DNA of 64,000 nucleotides. Origin: Gracilinanus agilis (lineage: Eukaryota). The notes under the pieces are model-generated. The model did not search any database, was not told the origin of the DNA, and was given only the letters and a program-made list of their open reading frames with translations. Both the position numbers and the translations under genes were made by a program. The stretch is taken from contig NC_058135.1 in the NCBI RefSeq assembly GCF_016433145.1, positions 97,393,280-97,457,279 of the forward strand. Direction: 5' to 3'. This document shows, piece after piece, positions 11,801-25,020 of this stretch (positions are counted from its first letter, which is position 1; each line of letters starts with the position of its first letter).

Positions 11801-14475
11801 TCCCTCCCACTCTGCTTTTCAAATTCTTTTTGTATTGTTGTCTTATCCACATTAGAATGCTCTTTAAAGTAAAGGACTGGCTTTGCACAGTGCTGACCCA
11901 GAGTAGGAACTTAATAAAAAATTTATTGACTAACTGCTACACTGAACTGAGCAGGTTTCTTGACCACTGGGCATGCTTGCTGCTAGGTTGGGCCAGATGG
12001 ATCACTCAGCCCCTTAAGACCTCCTGCTGCTGGACAGAAGTAGGAAGGTCATTCTGCCACTGAGGAGCTGATGCCAGACTGGGTTGGCCAGATTACTTGG
12101 CCACACTTCTCAGGGACTATCATCTGGACAAGTTGATCTGTATTGGATTCTCTGGGCTCAATATTAGATATGTAATGAAATCTTTCGCTACCTTCAACCA
12201 CTGTCTAGGCTGGGTGCTACAGTGCTCTTCAAGTGGAATGTATTGTTCTCTTTCTGCTAGACCATGACGTTGCCCTTTCAGCTGTGGCAAAAAACATGAA
12301 GCTTAGGATAAGGGTTTGCCCCCTTCAGAATCTCAGCTCTGGGCTTGGTCACCTTCAAGTAGGAGACTGAAGGACCTAGCATCTATTTCATCAATCCTTC
12401 CGTCTTCAAGTCCAGTTCCCTTAGCCAAGGACTCTTCATTGGCTTATGGTGATCAGTAACAATTCAGCCAGTTATACTTCCCAGACTCCTACTGGGGTCC
12501 GATGTAGATGAGTGGATAAGGGCAAAGGTAGGAATACAATCTGTGTCCAAGAGGCATGGTCATCATTTCTGCTGCCTTTTTCATATCCTGCTGAGCTGTT
12601 CAATCCTCAGACTCTGGTTTAGAATCTTTCTATTGTATCTGAAGGCCTTCTCCTTTATTTCTGTCTGACTTTCTGCCCTTCCTCACTTTTTAGTACCATG
12701 TAAGCCCCCGAAGTACCCACTATCACACTGAGTACTCCTATAGGCCTAGTACAATGTGAAGCATTTGTGGACAATAAAATAAAAGCATAAGACAAAACCT
12801 CTGCCACCATGAAGCTTATAAGAAATATAGCAAGACAAATGAACACAGGGAAACAACTGGAGAATAATTAAGGGCTAAATTCTGTCAGCTTCACTCTAAA
12901 TTTAGAGAGAGAAGAGATGAACTTGGATTAGAGTAGCTGAGAAATTCACAGAGGAGATGGGATTTGATATGGACCCTGGAGGATGGGATTGATTCATTCA
13001 TGATCTATTTATTGTCTTTTCCATGCATGACACTATACTAGTCACCATAGAGGATATAAAGATATATGAGACACGTTTTTCCCATAAAGGAGTTTACCTA
13101 AAGCAAGATTTAGATTAAGCTGCAGGATTCCAGGTGGAGGGAATAATCAGCACAGAGAAAGCGTGGGGGCTAAATGTGCAGGGGGACAGGGAGAACGATG
13201 TCCAACAACTGGCTAGATGGAGAGAAGGTGGCATGTTAGGGAGCACAGAGAAGCAATGGCTGCTTAAATAGCTCGTGCCAAGCTTACTGAGTCACATGGA
13301 AGTCAGATAGATGAGTTCATATTTGACTCAGGACATAACAAGAAACCTGTTTGCTTTTTTAAAGTGGTATTTAAGAAAGAAGCAGTTTTATAGCTAATTG
13401 GTGAGAGGAGGGGTTTCAAACCCAGGAAATATCTAGAAGGTGACTACAGTGATGCAGATGTAAGATGATGAAGCCCTGAAGCAGGATGGCAGTCATAGGA
13501 ATGAAAAAGAAAGGGAACAGCTAAAAGAATCCTGGGAGAACAGAAGAAGGGTGGAACCAAGGACAGAAAAAGGATATTTGGGAAAGGGGAGCCATCTTAA
13601 GAAAAGGAAAAAGAGGAAGAGCTCCATTTCAGACACAATGAATTTGAGTGATAATCATAGGCTGTTACAACAGAGGTGTCCTGGAAGCAGATGAAAATGT
13701 AGACTGGAGAAAAGAATAATCAGAGTTTGAGGTTGGGGTTAGACACCAGTCTCATAAAGAAAATTGAATTCATGAAAGTAATTTGCAACCAAATTGACAA
13801 AGCAGTGTATTTTAAAATATGGAACTCTTAAAAACAGTAGCTAAAATTTATATGTACTTTAAGACTTGTAAAGCATTTTACTTTGTTATTTAATTCTCAT
13901 AAGAACCATAGAAGATGGATGCTATTATTATCTCCATTTTATAAACAAGGAAATTAAGGCAGCCCAGGGTTTCACAGCTAGTAAGTCTCTGTGGTAGGAT
14001 TTCAATTTAGGTCTTTCTGATTCTAGTTCCAACAATCTATCCGATGTAACTAACTATCTGCCTAACTTTTCACTGTTAAATTACAGTTTTTACAATACAT
14101 GACATACAACAGTAGAAGGTAATGAAAGGAGTTCAGGACTGAGAGTTGGGAAGCCTGTGTTCTAGTCTCAGGTTTCAACAAACATTTCCATTTCCATTCA
14201 ATAAACGTGACACTCTCTCATCAGATCTGTAATTTTGGATATCACTTTAGCCTCCCTGGATCTATTATCTTATCCATAAAATGAGGGGATTGGCTCAAGG
14301 AAGTCAAAGACAGAAACAAAGTCCAATACACTCCAAAATGTTCATAGCAGAGCTCTTTTTTGTTTTATGATGAAAAAGAACTGGAAAGAAAGTAGATGCT
14401 CATTGAATTGGGAACGGTTGGGAAATGGTATAGGAATAAAATGGAACATTGTTGTACAGTAAGAAATGTTGAATA

Positions 14476-14667
14476 GGGACAGCTAAGTGGCTCAGTGGAT
14501 AGTACCAGGCTTGGAGCTGAGAGGTCCTGGGTTCAAATTTGACCTCAGACACTTCTTAGCTGTTTGACCCTTAAGGCCATTTGCTTAGCTCTTACTGTTC
14601 TTCTGCCTTGGAACCTATACTCAGTATTGATTCTAAGACAAAAGGCAAAAGTTGTTGGGGTTTTTTT
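14476..14667 (+). mobile_element. SINE1_Mdo-type SINE nested in an old L1 3' fragment (about 14310-14750)
   Basis: tRNA-like head gggacagctaagtggctcagtggatag...ggttcaaat; flanks read as continuous L1 ORF2-end/3'UTR sequence. Confidence 0.8.
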
Positions 14668-15031
14668 AATTATGAATAAGAGAAATTTAGGGAAACTTGA
14701 AAAGATTTGTATGAATCCATACAGAACAAAAGAAAATAATGCTTACAATGACAGGCAGCAGGTAGTTGGAGAGTATGGGGGACTGGGGCAGGAAGCAAAA
14801 TAAATAGGATCCAAAGAGAGAGAGATGTGGTGGAGGGGATAGTCTAATTTCAGAGTTCAGGCTGCACTGAGAGCAGAAGCTGACCACCGTCTTGTTCATA
14901 TTTTTGGAGAGAAATCTGGACTTGGAGGCAGAAGGAGAAATCGGACTTCTTGATACTGTATGCACCTCTAGTAAGAGATTTTTAGAGATATAAGCTATTT
15001 AAGTGAAATGATTCATTGGGGAGACTAGGCA

Positions 15032-15500
15032 TGTAAATCTGGGAGATTTCAACATACTCAACTCCCAAAGAATCACAGAGGGAATTGTGTATAGAGAACC
15101 CCTTCCTCCTGGGTCGTGAACTTTCTGCTCATCCAAACCAGCCCATTTGCTTGACTGGAATGCTCCAAACAGAGAGACTTTGATTGGTTCCTGAGATGTA
15201 GTGGACCAGCATAGAGGGAAAAGAAGTGAGGTGGAGAGGGAGGTTATTGAAATGAGATGGTAGAGGAGAGGGGCTTCCTCTCTGGAGGTTGGTAGCTCAA
15301 GTCAAAGACACTCTCGTGGACTGGTAAGATTAGTGGGGTAGGCTAGGAAATATTCTTTTTTATTTCCTTCCCTACTTATTTCTTTCTTAGACTATATTTA
15401 TATTAAAATATAATACTATATACAATACAACAAAATATAATAATCTTTTTAAAACTAATATATTTTCAAACAAATTTCTGAATATTTCATTTAGCATGTT
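15032..15500 (+). mobile_element. Probable solo LTR relic
   Basis: Starts TG; SPH-like actcaactcccaaagaatc, CCAAT box (gattggtt), purine-rich R-like region and AT-rich U5-like end typical of opossum LTRs; no clear TSD. Confidence 0.4.
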
Positions 15501-16852
15501 ACATTTAGTATAATATTAATTTTTAATATTACAATACAAAGATGCCAAACTGAAAACAAATTATCTTATTTGATCTTCCCAACAACACTGGGTGTTAGGT
15601 AGCACTTTAGGAAATTGAGGAAGACAAAAAGTGAATTGACAACCCAGGGTCATACAACTAGTAAATATCTGAAGCCAGATTTTAATTCAGACTTTCCTGA
15701 CTCCAGGTCCATTAGAATGTGGGACAAGATTAGGGAATAAGTAGTAGTTCTGTTTAGCCAAAAGAGGGAAAAAAGGAAGTAATATGAAATAATGCTGAGG
15801 AAATGAAGTTGGGAACAGGTTGCAAAAGCCTTAAAATATCAACTAAAAGAGATTATATTTTTCTAAAGGCAATGGAGAGCCATGGAAGATTTTGAGCACT
15901 GTAGTGATACGGTCAGACCTCTTCCCTTAGAATATCTTTGATCTGGAGTAAAGAAGTTTTCCTTGCAATCAAGAAGACTGATGGGAACATCAGCCCAACT
16001 CACTTACTCTGAGGAGTTCAGGAGAAGAACTGGAGAGTAGTAACAAATCAGGTATCAAGCCTAAGGAACCCTTAAAGAAGGCTGGCCAGAAAGCCTCAGA
16101 GCCTGCTGTCCTTCTCCTTACATCAGTGTGGGAATGAGTGGCATAGCCCACATACCACTGAACACATCCACTGCTCTCTGCAGCCCAAGCTGCCTGTCAA
16201 TCAGTAATACTGGATCTTTCTCCAGCTCTTGGATCTAACTCAGAGTCAGACCAGCCTCCTCTTCCTTGCAAATCTGCCTTTTGAAAAAGGAACTATATAT
16301 AGAAATTAAACATATTTGTGAAGAGCAGCTATAAGAAGAAATGGGAATGTGAGAATAAACTGGAGTTTAGGAGGGGGAGTGAGGAGAATGGGAAACAGCA
16401 TCATCCAGGGGAGGTCCAAATAGACTTGGAGCTGAGGCATTTGTCTCTTGGCTCTGGTGTAATATTCTCAACCTACTTCCATTCAGTCTTGTGGAAGCTT
16501 TAGGGGAGGCTACTTCTTGCCATGTGTGAGTGGGGGCTTCTGCCGTTTAATGAGGGAAAGTCTCCTAACTGGCTGCTGATGGAAAAGAAGCAGTGACTCA
16601 GGGGCTTGCAATTGGCTACTGATCCAGAACTCAGTCCCCATACAAGGGGATACCTGCCTCCATCTCTCTCTCACTTTTTGTCCGTGATATCTAAGAGCTA
16701 TGTCAAGTGGCCTAGAGTCTGGTGAAGGAGGAGTATGGTTGCCCTGTATCCCACCTAGCCTCATGTAACACCAACTACTTAGCTGCTTCCACATCTGTGG
16801 TTCTTTCCTGTTCTTAAGCAAAAAAGTACCCTAAGATCAAAGTTTCTGGGTA

Positions 16853-17050
16853 GGGGGAGTTAGGTGGCTTAGTGGGTTGAGCACCAGGCCAAGAGAAAGG
16901 AGAACCTGGGTTTAGATTTCACCTCAGACACTTCCTATCTGTATGACTCTGGGCAAATCCCTTAACCCCCATTGCCTAGTCCTTACTGTTCTTCTGCCTT
17001 GCAACTAATACACAGTATTGATTCTAAGATGGAAGGTAAGCGTTAAAAAG
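16853..17050 (+). mobile_element. SINE1_Mdo-type SINE
   Basis: Full head, CORE and diagnostic tail acacagtattgattctaagatggaaggtaag. Confidence 0.85.
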
Positions 17051-17177
17051 ATGAAAAAGTTAAAGTCTGAATGATGTGCGGCATATGAGCTAATTACAGT
17101 TGCTGTAAGGGAGGCTATGTGAGGATTTCATAAAAAAGAGAAAGGATGTACAGCTCCTTAAGTACCAGGAGTGATGA

Positions 17178-17306
17178 NNNNNNNNNNNNNNNNNNNNNNN
17201 NNNNNNNNNNNNNNNNNNNNNNNNNNNNNNNNNNNNNNNNNNNNNNNNNNNNNNNNNNNNNNNNNNNNNNNNNNNNNNNNNNNNNNNNNNNNNNNNNNNN
17301 NNNNNN
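17178..17306. other. Assembly gap, 129 N
   Basis: Counted from the sequence. Confidence 1.
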
Positions 17307-20300
17307 ATCTGACCTCATTCCTCCAAAGGATGCTACATGTAATATTAGAAGAGTACTCTGCAGGGTTTGGGGGAAATACCAGTTGTAGTTAATATACTGT
17401 TTAAGTGATGTCTTTGATAAAAGCTGATTGAGTCAACTGGCTGATAACTGATACAAAGCATATTAGTGGGGGCTCATGAGCTTTGGTCTTAGAAGTATCG
17501 TTCCACATGGTCACCTGAGGGTAATAGTCACCATAATGGGACCCAGCCCTGGCAGTGTGAATACAAGTTGAGAGGGAACACAACAATATAAATTATTAAA
17601 GGAAGGAGGAAGAACAGTTCAGCAAAACTGGCCAACACATCACAAAACTGACCAACACAAGTAACCGACATCCACCAAGTCCAGTGTTCTACATTCATAG
17701 TCCTCACCCTCTGCAAAGACAAGCTATGCATTAATTTCAGTGATAATTAAGCATTTTGCTACTATAAACGCCTGTCTCCCAAGTCCTAATATTCTCCCAG
17801 TGGTGCTCTATGTCTGCTAGTCAAGGAACACTTGAAATGCCAATGAACAGAAAAACCCTGCAAAGTTGGACAGTGGATTTGAGCAGGACTCAGCATATTA
17901 ATTACCAAAGATAATTGCGATGCAAGAAATGACATAAGGCATCATCAAGAATCTGTATGATTGTAAAAGGAGGGAGACAGGTCAGATACTATACTGAGAA
18001 GCCATAGTTTAGGAGGTCAATGAGTGGTAGTGCAGCAGTGCTGAACTTGAAGTCACAGGTCTTGGTTCTGCTGCTTCTTCTCTGTATGACCTTAGGCAAG
18101 TCTCTCACTTTCTCTGGTCTCCAGCTTCTTCCTCTGTAAAATAAGAGATGCTGGACTTGAGGACCCCTTAAGGTCCTTTCCAGTTTTAGATCTGTGATTT
18201 TATGATCATCCAGCCATTACTTAAGATGGAAAACCTATATGCCATATAGATACCTTCAAGATATGAGAATAAGAGAAAGGCCTCCAAGGCCATATGATAT
18301 GAGAGAAAGAACCCTAGACCTGAAATCAAAAGATCTGGGAGAAAGTCTCAGCTCTAGTTATTACCTATGAGACCGTAAGAAAATAATTTAACCCCTACCT
18401 CCTCTGGGTCTGACTCTCAATCCACTGAGCCACCCAGCTGCCTCCTTGCTACCTTTTTTAAAAAAGTATCCCAGCCTTCTCTGGATACTTCACCCCATTT
18501 CACACCACTCCCATAATCCTTCCCTCTTAACAAAGAAAGAATAAGTAGATAAAATCAACCTACTTGTTAATATTCCATCATTTCTCCTCAATGACCCCAC
18601 TTGGAATTTTCTCAACAAAGATACTCAAATGGTTTGCCTTTTCCTTCTCAAGTACACTTTACAGATCAGAAAACTAAGACAAACTAAGAGTTAAGTGACT
18701 TGCTCAGGATCACACAGTTAACATCTGAGTCAAGTTCTGAACTCAGGTCCTTCTAATTCCAGGCCAAGTGCCCCACTACTGCACTGCCTCGCTACCCTAA
18801 ACTAACCAATGCAATGACCTTAGCTACAACAGTCACAGCCAGAGCCCCCCACCTGGAAACCCAAACCAGGAAGGTGCTTCCCCATCCTCTGTTCTCCAGG
18901 GACTAGACTGAAGACTAGTAACTTTTCTACTGCTTCTGTTTATTCTGTAATCCTTCTGCAAAGCGAGGCGGCAGACCACTCCAGCACCCTGCTTCTCCTG
19001 AAGCTTTGACTGACATCCTACCTTTCCAACACCCACCTCTCTCAGTGCCCAAGTGGGAGGCAGGCAATTCATTTGTCACAATCAGGAATGATTCCTCCCA
19101 AGGCCTCTTAGTCACCCACATAGTGCAGGGGCCTGCCAGGTAGAGGGAGGGATTCAATAAACCAAACCATTAGCACCCTGCCCCAAATAATCAATTCTGG
19201 GGCAGACCTGACTTTATGGGCAGAATCACAGCAGAACAAGAGAGGGTCTGTTTGCACAGAATACCATGGCAACTGGCAGTTATGTAAAGATGGATACAGA
19301 AAAGAACATGACAATCTCAGGAAGATGATAGTACCAGAGTCTCCCCTAGAGCAGGGACCATTGGGGCAGAGGCAGCAAGAGGGCCCTTGTGCCAGTGGGG
19401 GGGGGGGGGAACCAGGTGGCTCACGTTACTCAATGATGCTGGAGAGAGCAGTTTGGAGGAGAAGGGGGTAGTCCTAACCACTGGTGCTAATAGGCATCAG
19501 GAGTAAATAATGAGTGCAACAATATAAGCAGCAATAACACACTGAAACTGAGAGAACCTGGGTAATTACAATGATCAAGCCTAATTTCCTCAGAGAAAAG
19601 GTAAGGAAAATAGACCTCTTTCCTTTTGCTGAATTAATGAAGGATAATGGACGTAGAATACTGTATCTGCTGGTGGACATGACCAATGGATCGATTCTGT
19701 TGAACTTCTCATGTGTGTTATTCTAATTTGTTGTAAAGGAAGGCTCCCTGGTAAGAGAGAAATGAATGTTGCATTCAAAAATGAATGTGATACACAAGCA
19801 AACTTAATTTTTAACAAGGACCTCAAGACCTCGTTGGTAATCATTTGCCCAAAGTCACACAGAGAGGAAGTGGGTAGGGCTAAGAACCAGACCTAGGTTC
19901 TCTCATGACACATCCAGCATCTTTTCTGCTTCATGGATCTCAAATTCAAATCCCGTCTCTGCCACTTCTCTGTTTCCTGTGTGACCTTGGGCAAGTCACA
20001 TAATACCCATGGATCCTCAGACTCATCATCTGTCAGATGAGGTGATAGGATTCAGTGGCCTCAAAGTTCCTTTCCACTCAAAATCTATGAATCTTTGTTA
20101 AGTACCTGATGAGTAGATAAGGGTGCAGAGGACCTAGCTTGAACAGGCTTTAGAGACATCCCTATGGAACCTGTTTCTGATATCCCCTGTTCTGTAATTT
20201 GAGTTGTTCTTCAGCTTTAATCTTTCCTCTTCTGCCTTGTCTCCCTAGAATTGTTTCTTTCTGATCTAAAATTTAAATATCTATTCCTGTACCCAAAAGA

Positions 20301-20605
20301 CTGGCACACTACGCCCACTTCTCCTTAAAGGGTCCTTCTGCTCAGCACCCATACACATAGCTAGATCAGATTTAGTCCTGGGGGAGATAATATCCCTGAA
20401 TGTGAGGGGTTAGGCTCCCTTTCCCCATGCTCCCAGCATTCTGGGGGAAAATTCATTAAGGCTCATATCCAGGGTCTCCCCAAAAGAGGGTAGTTGAATG
20501 GTTCTCAATTTATAATCTGAATTGGGTATGGAACTGGGCATTTGTTTCTTTCATGCTAGGAACCCCAAAAGACCAATCACATGCATAACAAATTTTAAGC
20601 GCTTC

Positions 20606-20852
20606 CTTTTGAGTCACTCAGTTGCATTTGACTCTTTTTGTGACCTCATTTAGGGTTTTCTGGGCAAAGATACTGGAGTGGTTTGTCATTTCCTTCTCTA
20701 ACTCATTTTACAGGTGAGATAACAGGCAAACAAGGATAAGTGATTTGCCCAAAGTCAAATAAGCTATTAAGTGTTTGGCTAAATTTGAACCCAGGAAGAT
20801 GAATCTTCCTGACTTCTGGCCTGGCATTCTATCCACTGTGCCACCTAGGTGC
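20606..20852 (-). mobile_element. MAR1-type marsupial SINE
   Basis: CORE-SINE head plus RTE-like tail ggcaaagatactggagtggtttgtcatttccttct. Confidence 0.85.
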
Positions 20853-23193
20853 TTTCTAGTCCTTTTCAAACCATGCCACTTGCACTTTGGCCTTCCTCCT
20901 CTTCTCATCGGATCTTAGACTCTGCCCTGGGACTTTGGGCTAGATTAGTGGCCGTTCCTATTACCTCGCCAGGAACCAGGCTACCATGCTACTTCAAAAA
21001 CATGGCGGCACTCTTGTGCCCTTGGCCACTCCCTTTCCAGCTCTAGCCACTTATTCATATGGGAGTTTCCTGAGGAAAAGAACTCCCTGGCTTGTTTGTA
21101 TTTGTATTCCCAGTGCTAAGCACAGATTTAACTACTTAGGAAATGTTTAATAAATGCTTTTTCATGTTTTCATTCACTAAGCAAGTCATTAAGCTACGAT
21201 CACAATTTTGCTATGCTGGGAGGTGAACACAAACCTCAGAGCATGAAACAGTTTATAGAGCCACTGAACAGTAATGGTCAAGACCAAGTTTTGCCTCCTT
21301 TCTGCACTGCCTATACTCTTTTAGGACATCTTCCTAATGGTGGTCAACTTCCCCAGTAAAGAAAGTCCCTTTATTGCCAATCAGTTCCACTCAACAGACC
21401 CAGAACCTCTTGAACTCGAAAGGTCACCTCTGAGCTTTAATGTGCCCATCTCTAGGATGATGCTTGGCCACATACTCAGAAAGGAAACACTAACTGGCAA
21501 AGGCCATCAGGGGCCCCAACAAGCTCACCCATACTTCATGGGGAAGCAGTCTTAGAGTGGGGAGGAAACAGGGATGTCTATCCCTCCATCTCCTCACAGG
21601 AAGTCTAGTAACAGACAACCACCTGGGAAAGTCAAAGGAACAGAGTGAGCAGGAAGCTGCCTTTTCATTCTAACTGATACAACATCCTTCTGAGAGGGGG
21701 AGGCTATGTCAAGGGTCTGTCGAGGGTTTTCCAGGTACACTAAAGTGCCAAATCCTCAACTCTGCCTCATCTCCTCATCTATAAAATGAGCTTGGGAAGG
21801 CAATGGCAATTATTCCAGTATATCTCTGCCAAGAAAACCCCAAAGTGGGTCACTGAACAACAACATGTACATATGGTAGCCAGAAGCTGAAAGGTTGAGT
21901 TTTCCAAAACTTACCTTACTTTTCTACGTCCTTATCCTGTGCCTGTACAACTCAGGTGTTCCCCCTAATGATCTCTAATTTGCCGGTGCCCTATCCACTT
22001 GGTGACTGGTCAAGTGTTAAGGCATATCCACAATCAGTCACTCTGCAATACTTAATTTCCCCCAAACCATTCCTGACTGCTGATGTGAAATGACCTGATG
22101 TGAAGCTTGGGATTTTTGTTTTGCTGACCAATTGTTTAAAATTATATTAAAAAGTCCATGATTGCAGGAACTTCCCTAGGGTCACATAACCTACACAGAC
22201 CAGTCCTAAGCAATTCCTGGAAACATTCTCCTCTGATGACACTTGGGCTGCTACATGGCCCAGGGTTCTGGCATCCTGGGATTTGGGGTGTAACTGCATG
22301 GTCTTTACTACCCAGGTTCCTGCCCTGGGTCTTTCACGTCATAAATGATATGATTTAACCTCGGAGGGATGCATGTGGCAGTGTCCTTCTTGACTCAAAC
22401 CCCCTGAATTGAGGGGTATTGGCTGGACCTCTATGGTCAAACACATAAGAAATGTCACAATGATCTGGAAGGAGAGAACGCTGTAGGCTCGGCTGATTAA
22501 AGAAAGTTTTAGGGGCGAGACCTGGAAATTTAAATAAAGTCTCAAAGGACAGGTCTTTGTTTCATGCTTCATACTGCCAAAGTCCTTGGCACTGTTGAAC
22601 AGCTCAGCATCAGAAATGGATATGGTTTTATCAATGGAAATGATATTAAAGAAGATGGATTACCACCTGCTTGCTCCTTTCCCTAAGGACTTTTCTATTT
22701 CACTGATAGCTGAAATCTTATTGATGTATTCCTTGTCTCTCGCTTTTCTATTTTCTATCCCAGAATTTAGTACAGAGCTCGGTATGCAGCAAATACTTAA
22801 TAAGTGCTTGCTTTCATTTCTTTTTTGCCTCCCTTGTCCTACCTGGAATACTCTCCCTCTCCTCCCAGCCTCTTCCCCATCCTGATCCATGATGTCCTCC
22901 TTCCTCCAAAGCAGATCTCCACAAAGCACTCTTTCATGACTTCCCCCAAGAGTAGAGAGGTGACTGACCTGAGTTCTTGAAGGGAAATGCCTGCGGAGCA
23001 CAAACTTTGGCAGGTCCTACCATATTGGGAACGGTCTTGAGTCTAGGCCTAGCAATAAACTCTCTCCTTCCTGAGTACTAGCCCAGCTAAATCTGGAGAG
23101 ACTAATTGCCAGTTGGCTGGGCCTTTGTTGAGTTTTTGTTTCATATGAAGCAGCACAGAAAACAAAGAAAATTACAAAATGATCCTCAGTTCT

Positions 23194-23362
23194 GGGACAG
23201 CTAGGTAGCTCAGTGGATAGAGCATCAAAACTGGAGATGGGAGGACCTGAGATCAAATCAAATCTGGCCTTTTAGGTGATTTCTAGCTGTGTGTCCCTGA
23301 GCAAGTCACTTAACCCTTTTGTTTTAGAGTTAGAACAGAAAGTAAAGGTTTTTTTTTTTTGT
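23194..23362 (+). mobile_element. SINE1_Mdo-type SINE (internally deleted) with 17-bp TSD
   Basis: aatg(a/g)tcctcagttctg at 23178-23194 and 23363-23379. Confidence 0.85.
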
Positions 23363-23951
23363 AATGGTCCTCAGTTCTGAAAGGCTCTCTTCTAATTCTG
23401 CAATGATGGTGACCAATTAAAGGAAGCCAACTGATAAGAATAAGTTTGTTCCTTCATTTCTTAATTGTGACATTGTCCAGGCTGGGTAGCAGATCCATCA
23501 AAGTATGAAGTGCCTATATTGATGGCAACTTATTGCTGCCCTCATTCATAGTCTGATGACAGACTGTGGCCAAAAGTCTTTACTATTTGGACAGCTATGT
23601 TCTTGTGAGGTGCCTCGCTTCAGTTTGCTAGGCTGAACATAGAGATCATAGAATTAAACCCGGAAAGCACCACAGCATCTGTCTAGTCCAATGCCCCCAT
23701 TTTACAAGTAAGGAAACCGAGACTCAAAAGATGATGAATAACTTGCAGATAGTAGCCAGCAAATCCAGGATTTGAGCTCAGATCCCAACTGTGCTGCTGG
23801 CTACCTTTAGAACCTTATTTCATCAGTTTCCTCATCTATAACATGAGAGAATTACATAAAAATAAATTCCACAGTCTCTTTTAATTAAAAAAAAAAACCT
23901 GATGACAGTGATCTTTTCTCTGCTTATTCCTTCTTTTTCTTTCATTCTTTT

Positions 23952-24102
23952 CTTTTTTTAACCCTTACCTTCTGTCTTAGTATCCGTTCTAAGATAGAAG
24001 AGCAGTTAGGGCTAGGCAACTGGGGCTAAGTGATTTACCCAGCTAGGAAGTGTCTGAGGTCACATTTGAACCCAGCCCCTCCTGACTCCAGACCACCTAG
24101 CC
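23952..24102 (-). mobile_element. SINE1_Mdo-type SINE
   Basis: aacccttaccttctgtcttag...aagtgtctgaggtcacatttgaaccc. Confidence 0.8.
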
Positions 24103-24847
24103 GCCCCTTCTCATTCTTTCATCTTGAAGGGATAAAACTGAAATCCCTCACAAGTATACAATTCTCTCTTTTTCAGACCGTTTTCCATACAAAAATGACT
24201 GGGTTGCAAAACGTCAGATCACTGTCAGTTTCATGAAGCTCTAATTTCATTTTTTAAAGTACCTTCTAGTGGCCCCAAGCTTTAGTCCCTGCGTTTCCCT
24301 GCAGGAGAAGCTGCAGAGGTAGCCATGTGCCCCACAAGGATGCAGCCATGGCGGATTATTTTCAGAAACAACAAGGGGGCCCTCCTGTGGCTGAGAGAAT
24401 TCCAGCAAATTCTCAGGGATCCAAGCAGGGCCCTCTTAACTGAGATCTGCAGCCTCTGGGATCTTGGCGATGAGCTCTGCTGGGAAGAACTCTGGCTTTA
24501 TTCTGAGTTCTAGCCCAAAAATCTATGCGTAAGAAAAAGAAAACAAAGTGGATCCCCAAAAGGGGGAAAACCCAGAAGGGTCCTTCTTTACTGTCCCCCC
24601 GCAGCTTTTTAACCCATCATGCCTGAAGCCACAGAGTTGTTGGAGGTTAATTCTAAGGGGAATTCTGCTGTCCAGCCCAATGGTTCAGGAGCTTTTGGTT
24701 GTTTCTTGGAGGAGATCATTTAGCAAGTCAAAAAATATTTTTGTTGACCCTAACAAAACAGTTAAATGGTGCTTTTTGAGGGTTTCTTAGGCACATCCTT
24801 GATTTGTTTAAGCACCGTTCCAGGTGCTAAAAACTCTTAAGAAGAGA

Positions 24848-25020
24848 GGTAGTTGGGTGGTAAAGTGGATAGAGATGTCAGGCTTGGAATCCAAATCTGC
24901 TCTCAGACTAGATGTGTGACCCTGGGCAAGTCATTTAACCAGTCAGTGCTCAACTAGACAATTGTTAAGACTATAAATTTCTGACAAAGTTCAGGCTAGC
25001 ATTGATGGAGGAAGCTTTCT
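24848..25020 (+). mobile_element. Mar3-like marsupial SINE
   Basis: CORE followed by cagtgctc...aagactataaattt...gcattgatggagg tail. Confidence 0.65.
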
